Assembly: GCA_019058315.1 (NCBI GenBank)
Contig: JAHPZH010000002.1
Coordinates: forward strand, 877,910 to 941,909
Direction of reading: 5' to 3'
Length of the DNA: 64,000 bases
Source: Candidatus Helarchaeota archaeon
GTDB taxonomy: Archaea; Asgardarchaeota; Lokiarchaeia; Helarchaeales; RDOG01
The position numbers and the translations under genes are program-made. The notes below the pieces were generated by a model that was not told where the DNA came from, did not search any database, and was given only the letters and a program-made list of their open reading frames with translations. This document shows positions 10,619 through 21,016 of the stretch, piece after piece. Position 1 is the first letter of the stretch. Each line of letters starts with the position of its first letter.

Positions 10619-10991
10619 TTTTAATCATTATATTTATTTATAAACTATTTGAGAATCAAAGAGACAATCCTTCTTTTCATATATTTGAATTATATTTAGT
10701 ATAATTGTACAATATAAAAATGTTTAAGATTTAAAAATATGTAATAATGCAAGTCACTGGTTGGATTACAATGTCTAAAAGTATCCATCTTTTTTTCATA
10801 TATGCGAAATTGATTTATAACATTCACATCTTCATTTTGAAATTCCTTAATATAGGTCATAAATTTAAATCGATTCAATATGCAAATAATCCCTCCAATT
10901 TTTAATTAAAAATGATTCCATATTATAAACCATTAATAACCGAACAATAGATTTGATATTGAAAAAAGAATATTTTTTCAATAATAAAAGA

Positions 10992-12788
10992 TTAAAAATA
11001 TGCATCAATAGTTTTTTGATAAAAATATTTATTATTTTGTTCGTTTTGTTTATTAAATTTATTTATTAAGTTGTTAATTTCTTTTTTATTTAGGGGATTA
11101 TCATAAAAATCTGAAAAAACGATTTTTTTTGTTTTTTGTGTATTTTTTCTACTATGTCTTCTTTGGATTAACTTTTTCCATATTATACGAAATACTTTTG
11201 GAATTATTGGATGTAAGCCTAAGAATTCAACCAAGATTTTCTGGTCAATTTCATCTATAACTAATTCTAAATTTGACTTTTTTCTCATAGCTTGATCTAT
11301 CTTATTAATAAGGGTGTCTACAATTTCATTAGAAAGATCTTGCAAATTTGGAAGTAACAAGTTTTCTACTTCCCCAGGCATTAATTCTAATACTCCTCCA
11401 CCATGACTTCGACCTTCAATTTCTGTAAATGCAATGCTAATACTATTATAATAGGAAAGCAAAACCTTTTTTGGATCATTATGTTCATGAAATTTTACTC
11501 GATGCATTGTATCTGTACTTACTGCATTAATATCATTTAAAACGAATTTAGGAATGAAATTATTTCTTCGTAGAAAAAAAGCATCTGGAACCCAAACTGA
11601 GGGAACAATATACCACCTTTCTCTTATACTGCATTTATAACCTTTTTGAATATCTTTCTCTTCTCCCATTTTTATATATTTTTTATGTTTTTCGGGATAA
11701 TCTTCAAATGGAGTTTCCGGAAATTTTATTAGAAAAGCATCTACATTCGCATTCACATTTTCTTGCCAATCCTGTAGAGTAAAATACAACCCCTTCGTAT
11801 GAGAACTTCTTCCAATTAATGGAATTACGACATCATCCAGATCATATTTTCTGACGATCTCTTTATTTACAGAAAAATATTTATTTGCGCCTGTGGTTAT
11901 ACCTACTTCAACAACAGCAACTTCTTTTAAAGAAATGAAATTTGGGTTAGATTTAATAATTTTATAAAAAAATAATTCTTCTTCATTCAAGAAATATTTT
12001 GTCCACTTATCGTTGTTATGATCAATTAATTTATCGCTTAAAAATTTTGATTTTAAATTAGTTTCAATATTATCTAAATTTTTTGATTGAATAACTCTTA
12101 TTTGGCAATTATTATCTGAAATATCCTTTTCACCCAATAGAAACAATACTTCCTGTTGAACTTTTGGAAAAATCAAGGTTTGAAAAGTATACAGAGTTAT
12201 TTTTTTCAATTTATTAACTAAAAACTTTCTTAATTCTTCCGCATAACTCACTTGTAAAAGTTCTGCGGGCAATACCATACCGATCTTGCCTTTATCTGCT
12301 AAAAGTCTAACACATGCAACAATGAAAGCTACCCAAGCATTAATTAACTTATTTGGTCTCATTCCATTCTGAATTAGCAATTGCGATAATAACTCTCTTT
12401 GTTCGTTAGTTAAGTATTGATATCTAATATATGGCGGATTGCCTAAAATTAAATCGAATTTCTCTTCTTTTAGTAAAGTTTCATAGAACTCAAAAAAATC
12501 TGCTTGATGAATTTTGATATTTGGCAAATCCTTAAATTTCTCATGTGTTTTTAGGACTTCATTTCCGACCAATTCAATTCCAATGCATTTAAAGTGCATT
12601 TTTAAAGAATTAGATTTATAATAGTTAATGACACTCTCAATAAATCTTCCATTTCCACAGCTAGGTTCTAAAATAAATTTTGGATTTGTTCCATTAAGCA
12701 AGCATTTAGTGATGAAATCCGCTGCTTTTTTAGGTGTATAATAGCTTCCAATTAATTTTTTCCTAGGATTTTCATGTTTTAATTTCAT
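10992..12788 (-). CDS. N6-adenine DNA methyltransferase (gamma class), companion MTase of the type IIG system
   Basis: GSYYTP, LEPSCGNG and GNPPY motifs; C-terminal GRSHGGGVLEL. Overlaps the end of the RM gene. Confidence 0.9.
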   Translation of the reverse strand: MKLKHENPRKKLIGSYYTPKKAADFITKCLLNGTNPKFILEPSCGNGRFIESVINYYKSNSLKMHFKCIGIELVGNEVLKTHEKFKDLPNIKIHQADFFEFYETLLKEEKFDLILGNPPYIRYQYLTNEQRELLSQLLIQNGMRPNKLINAWVAFIVACVRLLADKGKIGMVLPAELLQVSYAEELRKFLVNKLKKITLYTFQTLIFPKVQQEVLFLLGEKDISDNNCQIRVIQSKNLDNIETNLKSKFLSDKLIDHNNDKWTKYFLNEEELFFYKIIKSNPNFISLKEVAVVEVGITTGANKYFSVNKEIVRKYDLDDVVIPLIGRSSHTKGLYFTLQDWQENVNANVDAFLIKFPETPFEDYPEKHKKYIKMGEEKDIQKGYKCSIRERWYIVPSVWVPDAFFLRRNNFIPKFVLNDINAVSTDTMHRVKFHEHNDPKKVLLSYYNSISIAFTEIEGRSHGGGVLELMPGEVENLLLPNLQDLSNEIVDTLINKIDQAMRKKSNLELVIDEIDQKILVEFLGLHPIIPKVFRIIWKKLIQRRHSRKNTQKTKKIVFSDFYDNPLNKKEINNLINKFNKQNEQNNKYFYQKTIDAYF

Positions 12789-15700
12789 ATTTGCCCCATA
12801 TATCTTTATAATCTGAAATATTATACATTTCAGTAATTAGGTCTTGAATATTATTCATTAAATCTTTTTTCTCATTTTCAAGATTTATTTTAGTGTGTCT
12901 ATCAAGGTGATTTTTTAACTTTTTATTAATATCATAAATTTTTTGACTTGATTCTACGATTTTTTTATAATCCTCATCAGTTTGATTAACTTTTTTAATG
13001 GGAATTCTTTCTAAAACAAAAGTACCTCTTGAAGTAAATTTACCTTCAAAAGCACTACCTAATTCTGAAATTAACCATTCGATTGCCGGATGATTTAATA
13101 TTGCTTGGATAAATTCCAATTCATAGGAATCTTCTAATTTTGATATTGCACAATATCCTGCAGTCCCACCAGATGCAATTAACATACCATTTTCATCATA
13201 TAAATACATACGATCCTCTTTAGCTAGAACTTTAACAATTAATTTAATTATAGGAGGATCATTTGCAAAAATAGAAATTGCTTGATCACGTCCATAGTGA
13301 TACCAAGTATCTTTTGTTGCATGTGGCACATCTCGTATGCCTCTTGTGTCTAATTGTTTGGGAACAAGCCTTATATAATTATCTTTCAAGTATCTCCAAG
13401 TTTCTGGATAATCATTTTTCATTATATCTATTGGATAAATATCACCATTATCATCATATGGGAAAATTATCCATTTTGAAGGTAGAATATAATCGTAAGT
13501 TCTGGAACCTTTTTCTTTTTTTGAAGTAGGTTTAAAAAAAGGTTTTAATATATTTTTCTCAATCCCATATTCCTTATTAGCTCTCTTAATATAAATATTA
13601 TCTGTAGTTTTTCTTATTATCTCTTTATTCTCAAACCAATAAATGGGAATTGGTCTTTCTGCGCTTGTTTGAATACCGTTAAATATAGTTGCGACTTCAC
13701 ATAAATAATTTGAATTTTTATGTAAAATTATAAATAATTCTGCTTCTCTAGGTTCTGTTAGTAGAATCCAAGGTGATTTTGTTAAGATTTTAGAGGTTGT
13801 TAAAGGATCAAATGTATTTCTTTTAACTTGACTAGGTTTAGCCCACCAGATTTGTATATCCTCTACTTTTTGTAGTGTAAAATCACCCTTTTTTTGATTT
13901 TTTACAATAATGATTGAATTATAGACTGTTCTTTTTTTTCCAAATAATTGAATTGAACCAAAATCAATAAATTCAGATATATAATATGAAATCAGTAATT
14001 CCCTTAATTTCTCTCCTGATTTTATGTTAGAAAATTTATTTGGTATAATCAAACATATAATGCCATTTTCTTTTATTTTATTCAATGCCCGTTCTAAAAA
14101 TAAGAAATATTTATCAAATTGTCTATAACTAGTCTCATATTTATCTTTGTAAACTTTAATTTCTTGTGCTGGTAAATATTTCTTCATATCAATAATTGAC
14201 ATATATGGAGGATTACCAATAATTAAATCAAATTTTTCTGTATTATATGAAAATTCCCAATTCAAAGGAAAAATTTTTCTTTTTACTTCGTTTGAAATTT
14301 TTAAAGCTCTGATATGATTAAAATCCACTAAAGAATTACCTGCTAATATATTCTTTTCCAGAATAGGTAAAATATTATATTGATCTCCAATTGTTGGTTC
14401 TGTTTCGTCTTCTAAAATTTTTATACATAAATTAAATTTTGCAATTTGAGCTGCATTTGTGTCAATATCTATACCATAAATACAATTTTCCAATAAAGCT
14501 TTCTTTTCTTTAAATTGCAATTTAAAGTTGCCATATTCTGCAGGTATTAATTTCTTTGGATCGTTTAAACTATACCATTCAATTAAATAATGGATTAAAT
14601 AATCAAGAATTTCTACTAAAAAAATGCCTGATCCGCATGCAATATCGGCAATCCTTAATTTTAATATTTCAGAGGGGGATCTATTTTCACATAATTCACT
14701 TATTGTCCTTATTACCATATATTTTACGATTTCTATAGGTGTTGGAACAACATCTCGATTTTCTAAATCGATTCTAAGATTTAATTTTATAGCTTTACCC
14801 TCAATTACTAATTTGTGTGTTAGAAATGATTCATAAATATAACCAAATAAATTTGCTTCAATTACATTAAATACATAGGGGCTTTTAGGATAATATAAAT
14901 GTTCAATAATCTCTAAAATGACTTTTTCATTTATATTAAAAATTACATACGTACCATCAAATAAACCCGCATTGTACTTTTTATCTGCTTCTTTAAAAAT
15001 TGTTGTTAATTCAGTCTGTAATTTTTTTGGGTCTTTTATAATCTCTTGTAATCTGTGAAATTTATGGATGTTCTTATCTTCACAATATCGCAAAAATATA
15101 ATTTGAATTATAAAATCTTGTGATAATTCATTAATCTCCTCTATTGTAAACCTGGGTTTTTTTCTATAAATCATATTTGCTAGATCAATCCGCCAATTAT
15201 TTATCTTATCTAGAAAAAATTTATCGATCTTCTGCTCTGGATGTTTGCTTATATCTTTAATCAATTTTTCCAAGATCTCGTTCCATTTCCCTGAATAAAT
15301 AGATTTCTTTGAAATATATTTAATAAGTTCATTCCATTTACTCTTGTATTGAGAATAATGATAACTTTTTAGTAAACATACTTTAGCATCATCACTTGAA
15401 CTAGGAACCTTAGTACTGTCATAAATTAATATATATTCAAAATTTGACAGCAATACAATGGGATGATTAGCGGACCATCCATATCGTCTCGCCTGGAAAG
15501 CACTCTTTCTAGCTTCTGAATTATTCGTTTCAATATTAATAGTCAATTTTTTCGCTTCTAGAAAGAATTTATTGATTCCACTTAAAGTAAAAGTATAATC
15601 TGGTTTTCCTGTCTCTGAAATATAATTCTCAGCTCTCACTTCACGTAAGCGAGGATTTAATCCTTTCTCGTTTCTAATATCCCAGCCTAATAACTCGAGT

Positions 15701-15915
15701 AATGGTTCAATAAAATCTTTACGAACTTCTGTTTCGGTATAATCCTGTCTATTTGGAAGAATTGACTCGAAATTACTTATTAAATTTTCTAACTTTTTCA
15801 TAATTTCCATTTCTCTTCCACTTTTTGAAGTTCGAATCTTTATTTTCTTAAAAATACCTCCAATCTTTGAGAAAACATTTTTAAAAAATTCTTTTAATTT
15901 CATTGTGAAGCTCAT
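12772..15915 (-). CDS. Type IIG restriction-modification fusion enzyme (Eco57I/BpmI-like)
   Basis: N-terminal nuclease (ETEVR.DFIEPLL..LGW, KPDY...EAKK, AFQARRYGWSA), MTase (DIACGSG, GNPPY) and a C-terminal TRD. Confidence 0.9.
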   Translation of the reverse strand: MSFTMKLKEFFKNVFSKIGGIFKKIKIRTSKSGREMEIMKKLENLISNFESILPNRQDYTETEVRKDFIEPLLELLGWDIRNEKGLNPRLREVRAENYISETGKPDYTFTLSGINKFFLEAKKLTINIETNNSEARKSAFQARRYGWSANHPIVLLSNFEYILIYDSTKVPSSSDDAKVCLLKSYHYSQYKSKWNELIKYISKKSIYSGKWNEILEKLIKDISKHPEQKIDKFFLDKINNWRIDLANMIYRKKPRFTIEEINELSQDFIIQIIFLRYCEDKNIHKFHRLQEIIKDPKKLQTELTTIFKEADKKYNAGLFDGTYVIFNINEKVILEIIEHLYYPKSPYVFNVIEANLFGYIYESFLTHKLVIEGKAIKLNLRIDLENRDVVPTPIEIVKYMVIRTISELCENRSPSEILKLRIADIACGSGIFLVEILDYLIHYLIEWYSLNDPKKLIPAEYGNFKLQFKEKKALLENCIYGIDIDTNAAQIAKFNLCIKILEDETEPTIGDQYNILPILEKNILAGNSLVDFNHIRALKISNEVKRKIFPLNWEFSYNTEKFDLIIGNPPYMSIIDMKKYLPAQEIKVYKDKYETSYRQFDKYFLFLERALNKIKENGIICLIIPNKFSNIKSGEKLRELLISYYISEFIDFGSIQLFGKKRTVYNSIIIVKNQKKGDFTLQKVEDIQIWWAKPSQVKRNTFDPLTTSKILTKSPWILLTEPREAELFIILHKNSNYLCEVATIFNGIQTSAERPIPIYWFENKEIIRKTTDNIYIKRANKEYGIEKNILKPFFKPTSKKEKGSRTYDYILPSKWIIFPYDDNGDIYPIDIMKNDYPETWRYLKDNYIRLVPKQLDTRGIRDVPHATKDTWYHYGRDQAISIFANDPPIIKLIVKVLAKEDRMYLYDENGMLIASGGTAGYCAISKLEDSYELEFIQAILNHPAIEWLISELGSAFEGKFTSRGTFVLERIPIKKVNQTDEDYKKIVESSQKIYDINKKLKNHLDRHTKINLENEKKDLMNNIQDLITEMYNISDYKDIWGKYEIKT

Positions 15916-16321
15916 TACTAAGCGATAAATTATGAGTGTAAATATGTTATTTGATATTTAATTATTTTTTTTAATTTTTTAGTAGATTTTAATTTAAAAC
16001 CTTAAAAAGTATTCCCATATTCGACAAAAATATATAATATCCTTAAAACTCGATTGATAATTTTTAAATTCTACTCTCAATAGTAATACAAATCAAGATT
16101 TAAAGAAATCTTTTAAAAAATATTTAAATTCATATAAAAAAGTAATAATTAAAAAATATTTTTAAAAAATTACTATTAAATGGAATAATCTGCTTAAGTT
16201 AATAAAGGATTTAAAAATTTTAAATAATTAAATTCTATTGTGTCATATCTTAATTTAATTTAAAAATAAAATTGTAAATGTTAGATTTATAGATTGAAAA
16301 ATTATTTGATTAGTGGTTTTT

Positions 16322-16480
16322 ATGATTAAATGTCCGCGATGTAGAACAGAAAGTTCTGACATTAAAAAAGAATGGAAATATGCTACTTTTAAAGTTAAAA
16401 AATATTATTGTAAAAAATGTGAGAAATCTTTTAATGCATACTTTCATGGGGAAGAATTAAGTTTTAGACTTCCAAAATAA
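16322..16480 (+). CDS. 52-aa zinc-ribbon microprotein (Cren7-like family?), absent from the ORF track
   Basis: MIKCPRCRTESSDIKKEWKYATFKVKKYYCKKCEKSFNAYFHGEELSFRLPK*, with two CxxC pairs and GTGG upstream. Confidence 0.7.
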   Translation: MIKCPRCRTESSDIKKEWKYATFKVKKYYCKKCEKSFNAYFHGEELSFRLPK

Positions 16481-16616
16481 AAAATGAATGAAAAACTAAA
16501 AAATTTTTAGGGTTTTAAGATGAAATGCTTTCTTAGTTTTCGCTTGTATCTTCTTGTTACAAGTGGGACATTCATATTCAAACATATTTAATATTCACCT
16601 GATTTAAGATGTTGAT

Positions 16617-17921
16617 TTAAGATGGAGGGATTTCTTCTACATCCCACTTACCATTACTTATAATTTTCAATTGATTCTTTTTAAGGATGAGTGATTTTAG
16701 AGAAATTAGTTTTGGAGGTTTCACGGGGTTTGCTTTCTCCTCTCCTTTATCTCCTTGTATTTTGTCAAATAATTCTATGTTATATTGCATTAATTTTCTA
16801 TAATCGTTAAATATGTCTTTATAAGTCTCTATTTTTTTCTTATCATGACTCCAATATATCACGTAATCTACGGGAATTGTGAAAAACTTGGCATTAAATT
16901 TTACGAGACTCTTTTTATCCTCTTTACAATGGAGTTCAAATTTTTCAAGTTTATATTCGAATTCTATATAAACGCTTCTATAATCATTATCCTTACAATC
17001 TATTTCTACGATATAATCGGGATAATCTGATTGTAATGTTAAATTTCTTACCGAATTAAATTCGGAACAATATTCTGGAAATGCATAATTCTTGTCATAA
17101 ATCATTGCTAGAAAAATCCCTATGGTCCCTTCTTCCGAATGAGGAAATGTATGGAAATTTAATTTTTGAAGTTCATTATCTAATGTAACCGAATCGAAAA
17201 ATGGCGAGTACAAATAAAGAAAAGCGACAATATGAGATGGTTCATTTAGTAATCCTTTCTCACATAACTTATCTTTACATAATTTTCGTAGTTTCATTAA
17301 ATTTCTAGGAAAATCTCCCTCATATTCCAAACCGAAATAGGATAAAAACCTCTCAACCTCATCTTTTTTAAATATTGGAAGCACTTCATCTGGAAATAAA
17401 CATGAAAAGAGTTTAATATAATTCCCTTGATAAAAATGAGAAATTTTATTAAAAAATTCCTTGAAAATTTCTTCTCCTTTTCCATTTTCTTTTAAAACAG
17501 CTCTCAGCTTTTTTAAAAATTTTATATCGCAACTAATTTCGTCGATCGGATCTTTAACTTTCTCATTTTTTTTTCCCTCAGTTTTTACTTTATCCTCACT
17601 TTTCTTATCATCTATTGTTTTATATTTCAAGAATTTTTTATAATATGAATGCTTGCCTATTTTAACCATGGTTACTGCTTCTTTATGTAGCTTTTCTAAG
17701 AGCACCATAAATTCTTCGGTGGCTTTATTGAAATCGTCAAATTTATTTTTGACTTTAGCTTTCTCAAATTTAACTTCGATGTTTTCAATGAAATTGCTAT
17801 TCAATAATAATTTCACGAATTCTTCTCGTAAGAGTTTATTATTAGACTCGTATAGGGTTCTAATTTTTTCATAGTTCTTTTTATATTGTTTAATATAAGA
17901 GAGAATCTGTTCTTCCTTCAA
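16617..17921 (-). CDS. Putative restriction-type nuclease with C-terminal PD-(D/E)xK domain
   Basis: YPDYIV...IEFEYK...VDYVIYWSHD. The central KLFSCLFPDEVLPIF segment resembles N-terminal domains of McrB-type or restriction proteins. Confidence 0.55.
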   Translation of the reverse strand: MKEEQILSYIKQYKKNYEKIRTLYESNNKLLREEFVKLLLNSNFIENIEVKFEKAKVKNKFDDFNKATEEFMVLLEKLHKEAVTMVKIGKHSYYKKFLKYKTIDDKKSEDKVKTEGKKNEKVKDPIDEISCDIKFLKKLRAVLKENGKGEEIFKEFFNKISHFYQGNYIKLFSCLFPDEVLPIFKKDEVERFLSYFGLEYEGDFPRNLMKLRKLCKDKLCEKGLLNEPSHIVAFLYLYSPFFDSVTLDNELQKLNFHTFPHSEEGTIGIFLAMIYDKNYAFPEYCSEFNSVRNLTLQSDYPDYIVEIDCKDNDYRSVYIEFEYKLEKFELHCKEDKKSLVKFNAKFFTIPVDYVIYWSHDKKKIETYKDIFNDYRKLMQYNIELFDKIQGDKGEEKANPVKPPKLISLKSLILKKNQLKIISNGKWDVEEIPPS

Positions 17922-17950
17922 TCTAACTCATCTCTTTTTTAATTTAAAAA

Positions 17951-18457
17951 TTAGCATTTCTTAATTTTTTCTGGATTATTTGGTTTTCCATGCACACCAT
18001 ATTTGTAACCCTTCTTTGAAAAATATTTTTTCAGCATCTTGATGGCCTCATCCGTTACTTTGGTACTCCAATAGCCTTGTCTGTCTATGATTATGTGTTT
18101 TAGCCCCTCGGGAACATTGATAGCTTCATCTCCGAAATAGTAAAACTTGCGAGAAACTAAAACATTGGAGCCTGGCTCACGGCCTATAAGATATTTGCTC
18201 TTGCCTGGATATGTTTCTAGGAACTGGTCGAGTGTCAAGTTGCTTTCAACTTCCATTGCATATATTATCTTGTCCGGTTGCTTGGTATTGTTCCCACCTA
18301 TCCCAATTACCCAACTTCCCGGTTCAGCCAATTCCTCTATATTTCTTCTCCCATCCTTTTTTTTGACCTTACAACCTGTCAGTGAACATATCCTCAAACT
18401 GATGTTTGGTGCAAATCCCGTATCGCGGGCCATTCTATATACATAATGCTTTACCAT
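17951..18457 (-). CDS. Nmad2-like (nucleotide modification associated domain 2) protein
   Basis: DTGFAPN...LTGCK...WVIG...IIYAMEV...VLVSRKFYYFG. GGAGG RBS and higher GC than its flanks. Confidence 0.7.
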   Translation of the reverse strand: MVKHYVYRMARDTGFAPNISLRICSLTGCKVKKKDGRRNIEELAEPGSWVIGIGGNNTKQPDKIIYAMEVESNLTLDQFLETYPGKSKYLIGREPGSNVLVSRKFYYFGDEAINVPEGLKHIIIDRQGYWSTKVTDEAIKMLKKYFSKKGYKYGVHGKPNNPEKIKKC

Positions 18458-18565
18458 TTTTATCCCTCCTTTAATTCAATTTTCCATTTATTAATAAATT
18501 AAATATGATTTTTTCTAAAAAATACTTTAAACCTTTTTTATGAAAAATGTTTACTACAATTGATA

Positions 18566-19048
18566 ATGAAAACTAAACGCAATAAATTCTTTTTCTAATG
18601 CAAATTATTTAATTATTTTCCTATATCAGATCCCTATTTTTGTTTTGTTATAATGTCATTTAATTAAGAAAATAAAGGTTTAATCGATATTTATGCTGCA
18701 ATTAAACGTGCCGTCGAAAAATACGGGTTTGTTTGTAAACGAGTAGATGAAATTGAAAAAAATAGAAGAATTACTATAACTATAATTTATTCAATTCAAA
18801 AAGCTAGTTTAATTATCACAGATCTTACAGATGAAATACCAAATTGTTATTATGATCTGGGTTATTCACACACATTAAATAAACAAGTTATTCAAACTTG
18901 TCAAAAAAGAACATAATTACACTTTGATGTTTCTACATTCCCAACTATAATTTATGAAACTAAGACAGAACTTGAGAACAGATTAAAACAAAAAATCGAA
19001 CAAAGGATTGAAAATGGATTAATTTGGGATCCTCGAATAAAAAAATGA
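18566..19048 (+). pseudogene. Decayed nucleoside 2-deoxyribosyltransferase-like gene
   Basis: One frame reads CFVIMSF...KRVDE...TDLTDEIPNCYYDLGYSHTLNKQVI...LHFDV, with in-frame TAA stops at 18596, 18665 and 18914. Confidence 0.75.
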
Positions 19049-19156
19049 AATTAAAATTCTAAAAAGAAAATACAACTGGATTTTCTAATTTTCAATTTCA
19101 TTAGATATTTCCGTATGTAAAATTTAATTAAAAAAATATATCTAAAAAAATATATA

Positions 19157-19184
19157 CAAGAATATAAGGGAAGTTAAACAAGTT
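19157..19184 (+). other. dif-like site S2
   Basis: CAAGAATATAA GGGAAG TTAAACAAGTT at a convergent junction. Confidence 0.55.
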
Positions 19185-19287
19185 ATTAAGATGTGAAGAA
19201 TTAAATCAATAATTCAATCTTCTTGGCAGATTAATTTGAAAAAAAAGAATTTAATCTATGTTTATTCTATGAATGGATAATGTCTGA

Positions 19288-19692
19288 TTAAAATTCTTCA
19301 ATTTTATCTTCTGAAACCAAAAAAATGTGAATATTTTGTGCAAATATCCTATGAACATATTCTTTCATAATTAATTTTTGTTTCCAATATGATGGAATTG
19401 CTATTCCAACGTGATCATCAGAACCTAATAAATATACAGCTTGACCAAATATAAAATACAAATCTTGAATTAACTGTCTACGAGTTTCGGAATCTCCTTT
19501 ACATTCAATTAAAATTGTTTTATTATTCTTTTCAGCATATACATCGACTCTTTGATAACTTTCTCCTTCGGTGAAACGAAGAATTTCGATTTCTGTATTA
19601 ATATTTTCCCAGTTATTATTTTGCAAATATTCAATCATTTTTTCTTTTACAATATTTTCTGTTATAATATTATTTTTTATTTCATTTTTCAT
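19288..19692 (-). CDS. Small PD-(D/E)xK nuclease
   Basis: RVDVYAEK...LIECKG...FGQ; GGAGG RBS. Confidence 0.7.
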   Translation of the reverse strand: MKNEIKNNIITENIVKEKMIEYLQNNNWENINTEIEILRFTEGESYQRVDVYAEKNNKTILIECKGDSETRRQLIQDLYFIFGQAVYLLGSDDHVGIAIPSYWKQKLIMKEYVHRIFAQNIHIFLVSEDKIEEF

Positions 19693-19985
19693 AAATAAAC
19701 CTCCAAATTTATTTGAAATTTATTTATAGATAAAAATTACATTAAAAAATAAATAGAAATTACTTGTATTTATAGTTCTCGCCCTCTCTAATGACTAAGT
19801 TATTGTAAATTAAAAAAATAATCGAATAATATCACTGAGTTTGAAAATTTTTATTTTATATCCATTCAACTAAGTCACTTAGTCTTTTTTTTGAATAAGA
19901 TCCCACTTCTCTAATATTTTTTTCATTATAAAAAAGTATAATAATTAATTCTTTTAATTAATATAGTAAAAGGGAAGGTGTACTT

Positions 19986-20678
19986 TTGCCGAATAAAACT
20001 ATTAAAATGCCTGTAAATCGGTGTATATCAGCAACTGAGCAATTTCTTAAAGAAAATGAAAAGATAAAGATTGAAAGAAAGACAAGTTCTTTGATAGAAT
20101 TTAAAAAAGGGGAAAATTTTCAATTTTCTATTTCCCCAAAAGATGTATCTTTAAAAGGAAGAATTTCATTTGAGGGAAATGGAGAAACTAATGTTAATCT
20201 AATTTATGATAGAAATGATTCGGTTTATTTTTATGCTATATTTACTCCACTCTCTATTGGATTAGGGATTTTTTTTATTTTTTTTCCATATTTACTAGGG
20301 ACGACCTCAGGTTTTATTCCATTATTCTTTTTAATAATGGGGATTTTAATAATTATATCTGCAATTATTGCCCCAATTGAAGCTTTTTATTTGCTAAACA
20401 AAGGAAGTGATTTATTTTCAGATGAATTATTTATTTATTTAACTAATCAAGCACTTCAACCTTCAATACAACCTACTCGAGAAGAAGCTACAATAGGAGA
20501 GCATTTAACGACTAAGGTGATAATAAAAGAAAGAGTTAAGGTAACTTATACACTACCTAGTAATTGTCCCAACTGTAAGGCGAATTTAAAATACGAAGAA
20601 ATTATTATGAAAAGTCCTGATAAAGCAGAATGTGCTTATTGTGGTTCAATAATTAATCTCATTGAAAAGGAAATATAA
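19986..20678 (+). CDS. 2-TM membrane protein with C-terminal zinc ribbon (paralog B)
   Basis: Shares IERKT.SLIEFKKG and ERVKVTY.LP.NCP.C...ECAYC...LIEKEI with 6284..6952. Confidence 0.75.
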   Translation: MPNKTIKMPVNRCISATEQFLKENEKIKIERKTSSLIEFKKGENFQFSISPKDVSLKGRISFEGNGETNVNLIYDRNDSVYFYAIFTPLSIGLGIFFIFFPYLLGTTSGFIPLFFLIMGILIIISAIIAPIEAFYLLNKGSDLFSDELFIYLTNQALQPSIQPTREEATIGEHLTTKVIIKERVKVTYTLPSNCPNCKANLKYEEIIMKSPDKAECAYCGSIINLIEKEI

Positions 20679-20705
20679 AGTCAATAATTTAAGATAAAAA
20701 ATTGA

Positions 20706-20733
20706 ATATAATATTACTTCCCATAAAAAAACT
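20706..20733 (-). other. Degenerate dif-like site S2b
   Basis: Minus strand AGTTTTTTTAT GGGAAG TAATATTATAT at a convergent junction. Confidence 0.3.
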
Positions 20734-20842
20734 CCTAAACACCAGAAAATTTCAAAATAGCATTATGAAAATCTGATTTATAAATAATTAATTGATAAAA
20801 AAAGAAAAAAATAGATTTGGAATCAAGTACTTTCTTACTATA

Positions 20843-20986
20843 TCAATCATCATTTTTGTCTTTATATTCAGGGTTATTTGGATTCAACTGATCTGCTCTA
20901 TTATCAACTGATGCTTTATATGCTGGATTATTAGGATTCATTGAATCTGACCTGTCATCATTAGGGCTTTTTCCACCTTTTCCCAT
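20843..20986 (-). CDS. 47-aa NPNN-repeat microprotein, absent from the ORF track
   Basis: MGKGGKSPNDDRSDSMNPNNPAYKASVDNRADQLNPNNPEYKDKNDD*, with a strong AGGAGGTGA RBS and an internal duplication. Confidence 0.8.
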   Translation of the reverse strand: MGKGGKSPNDDRSDSMNPNNPAYKASVDNRADQLNPNNPEYKDKNDD

Positions 20987-21016
20987 TATATCACCTCCTT
21001 TTTCATTTAATTTAAT

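Noticed and set aside
10696-10878. 60-aa ORF
   Set aside because: No motif and a poor start context; probably spurious or a remnant.
18566-19048. TAA recoding or readthrough in the NDT-like ORF
   Set aside because: TAA terminates most genes in this window and conserved residues have also decayed (ELG to DLG), so a pseudogene is the simpler explanation.
6953-19985. GGGAAG hexamers at about 6962(-) and 19972(+)
   Set aside because: They lack TAA/TTA arms and sit just before TTG starts of paralogous genes, so they are better explained as RBS-like sequence.
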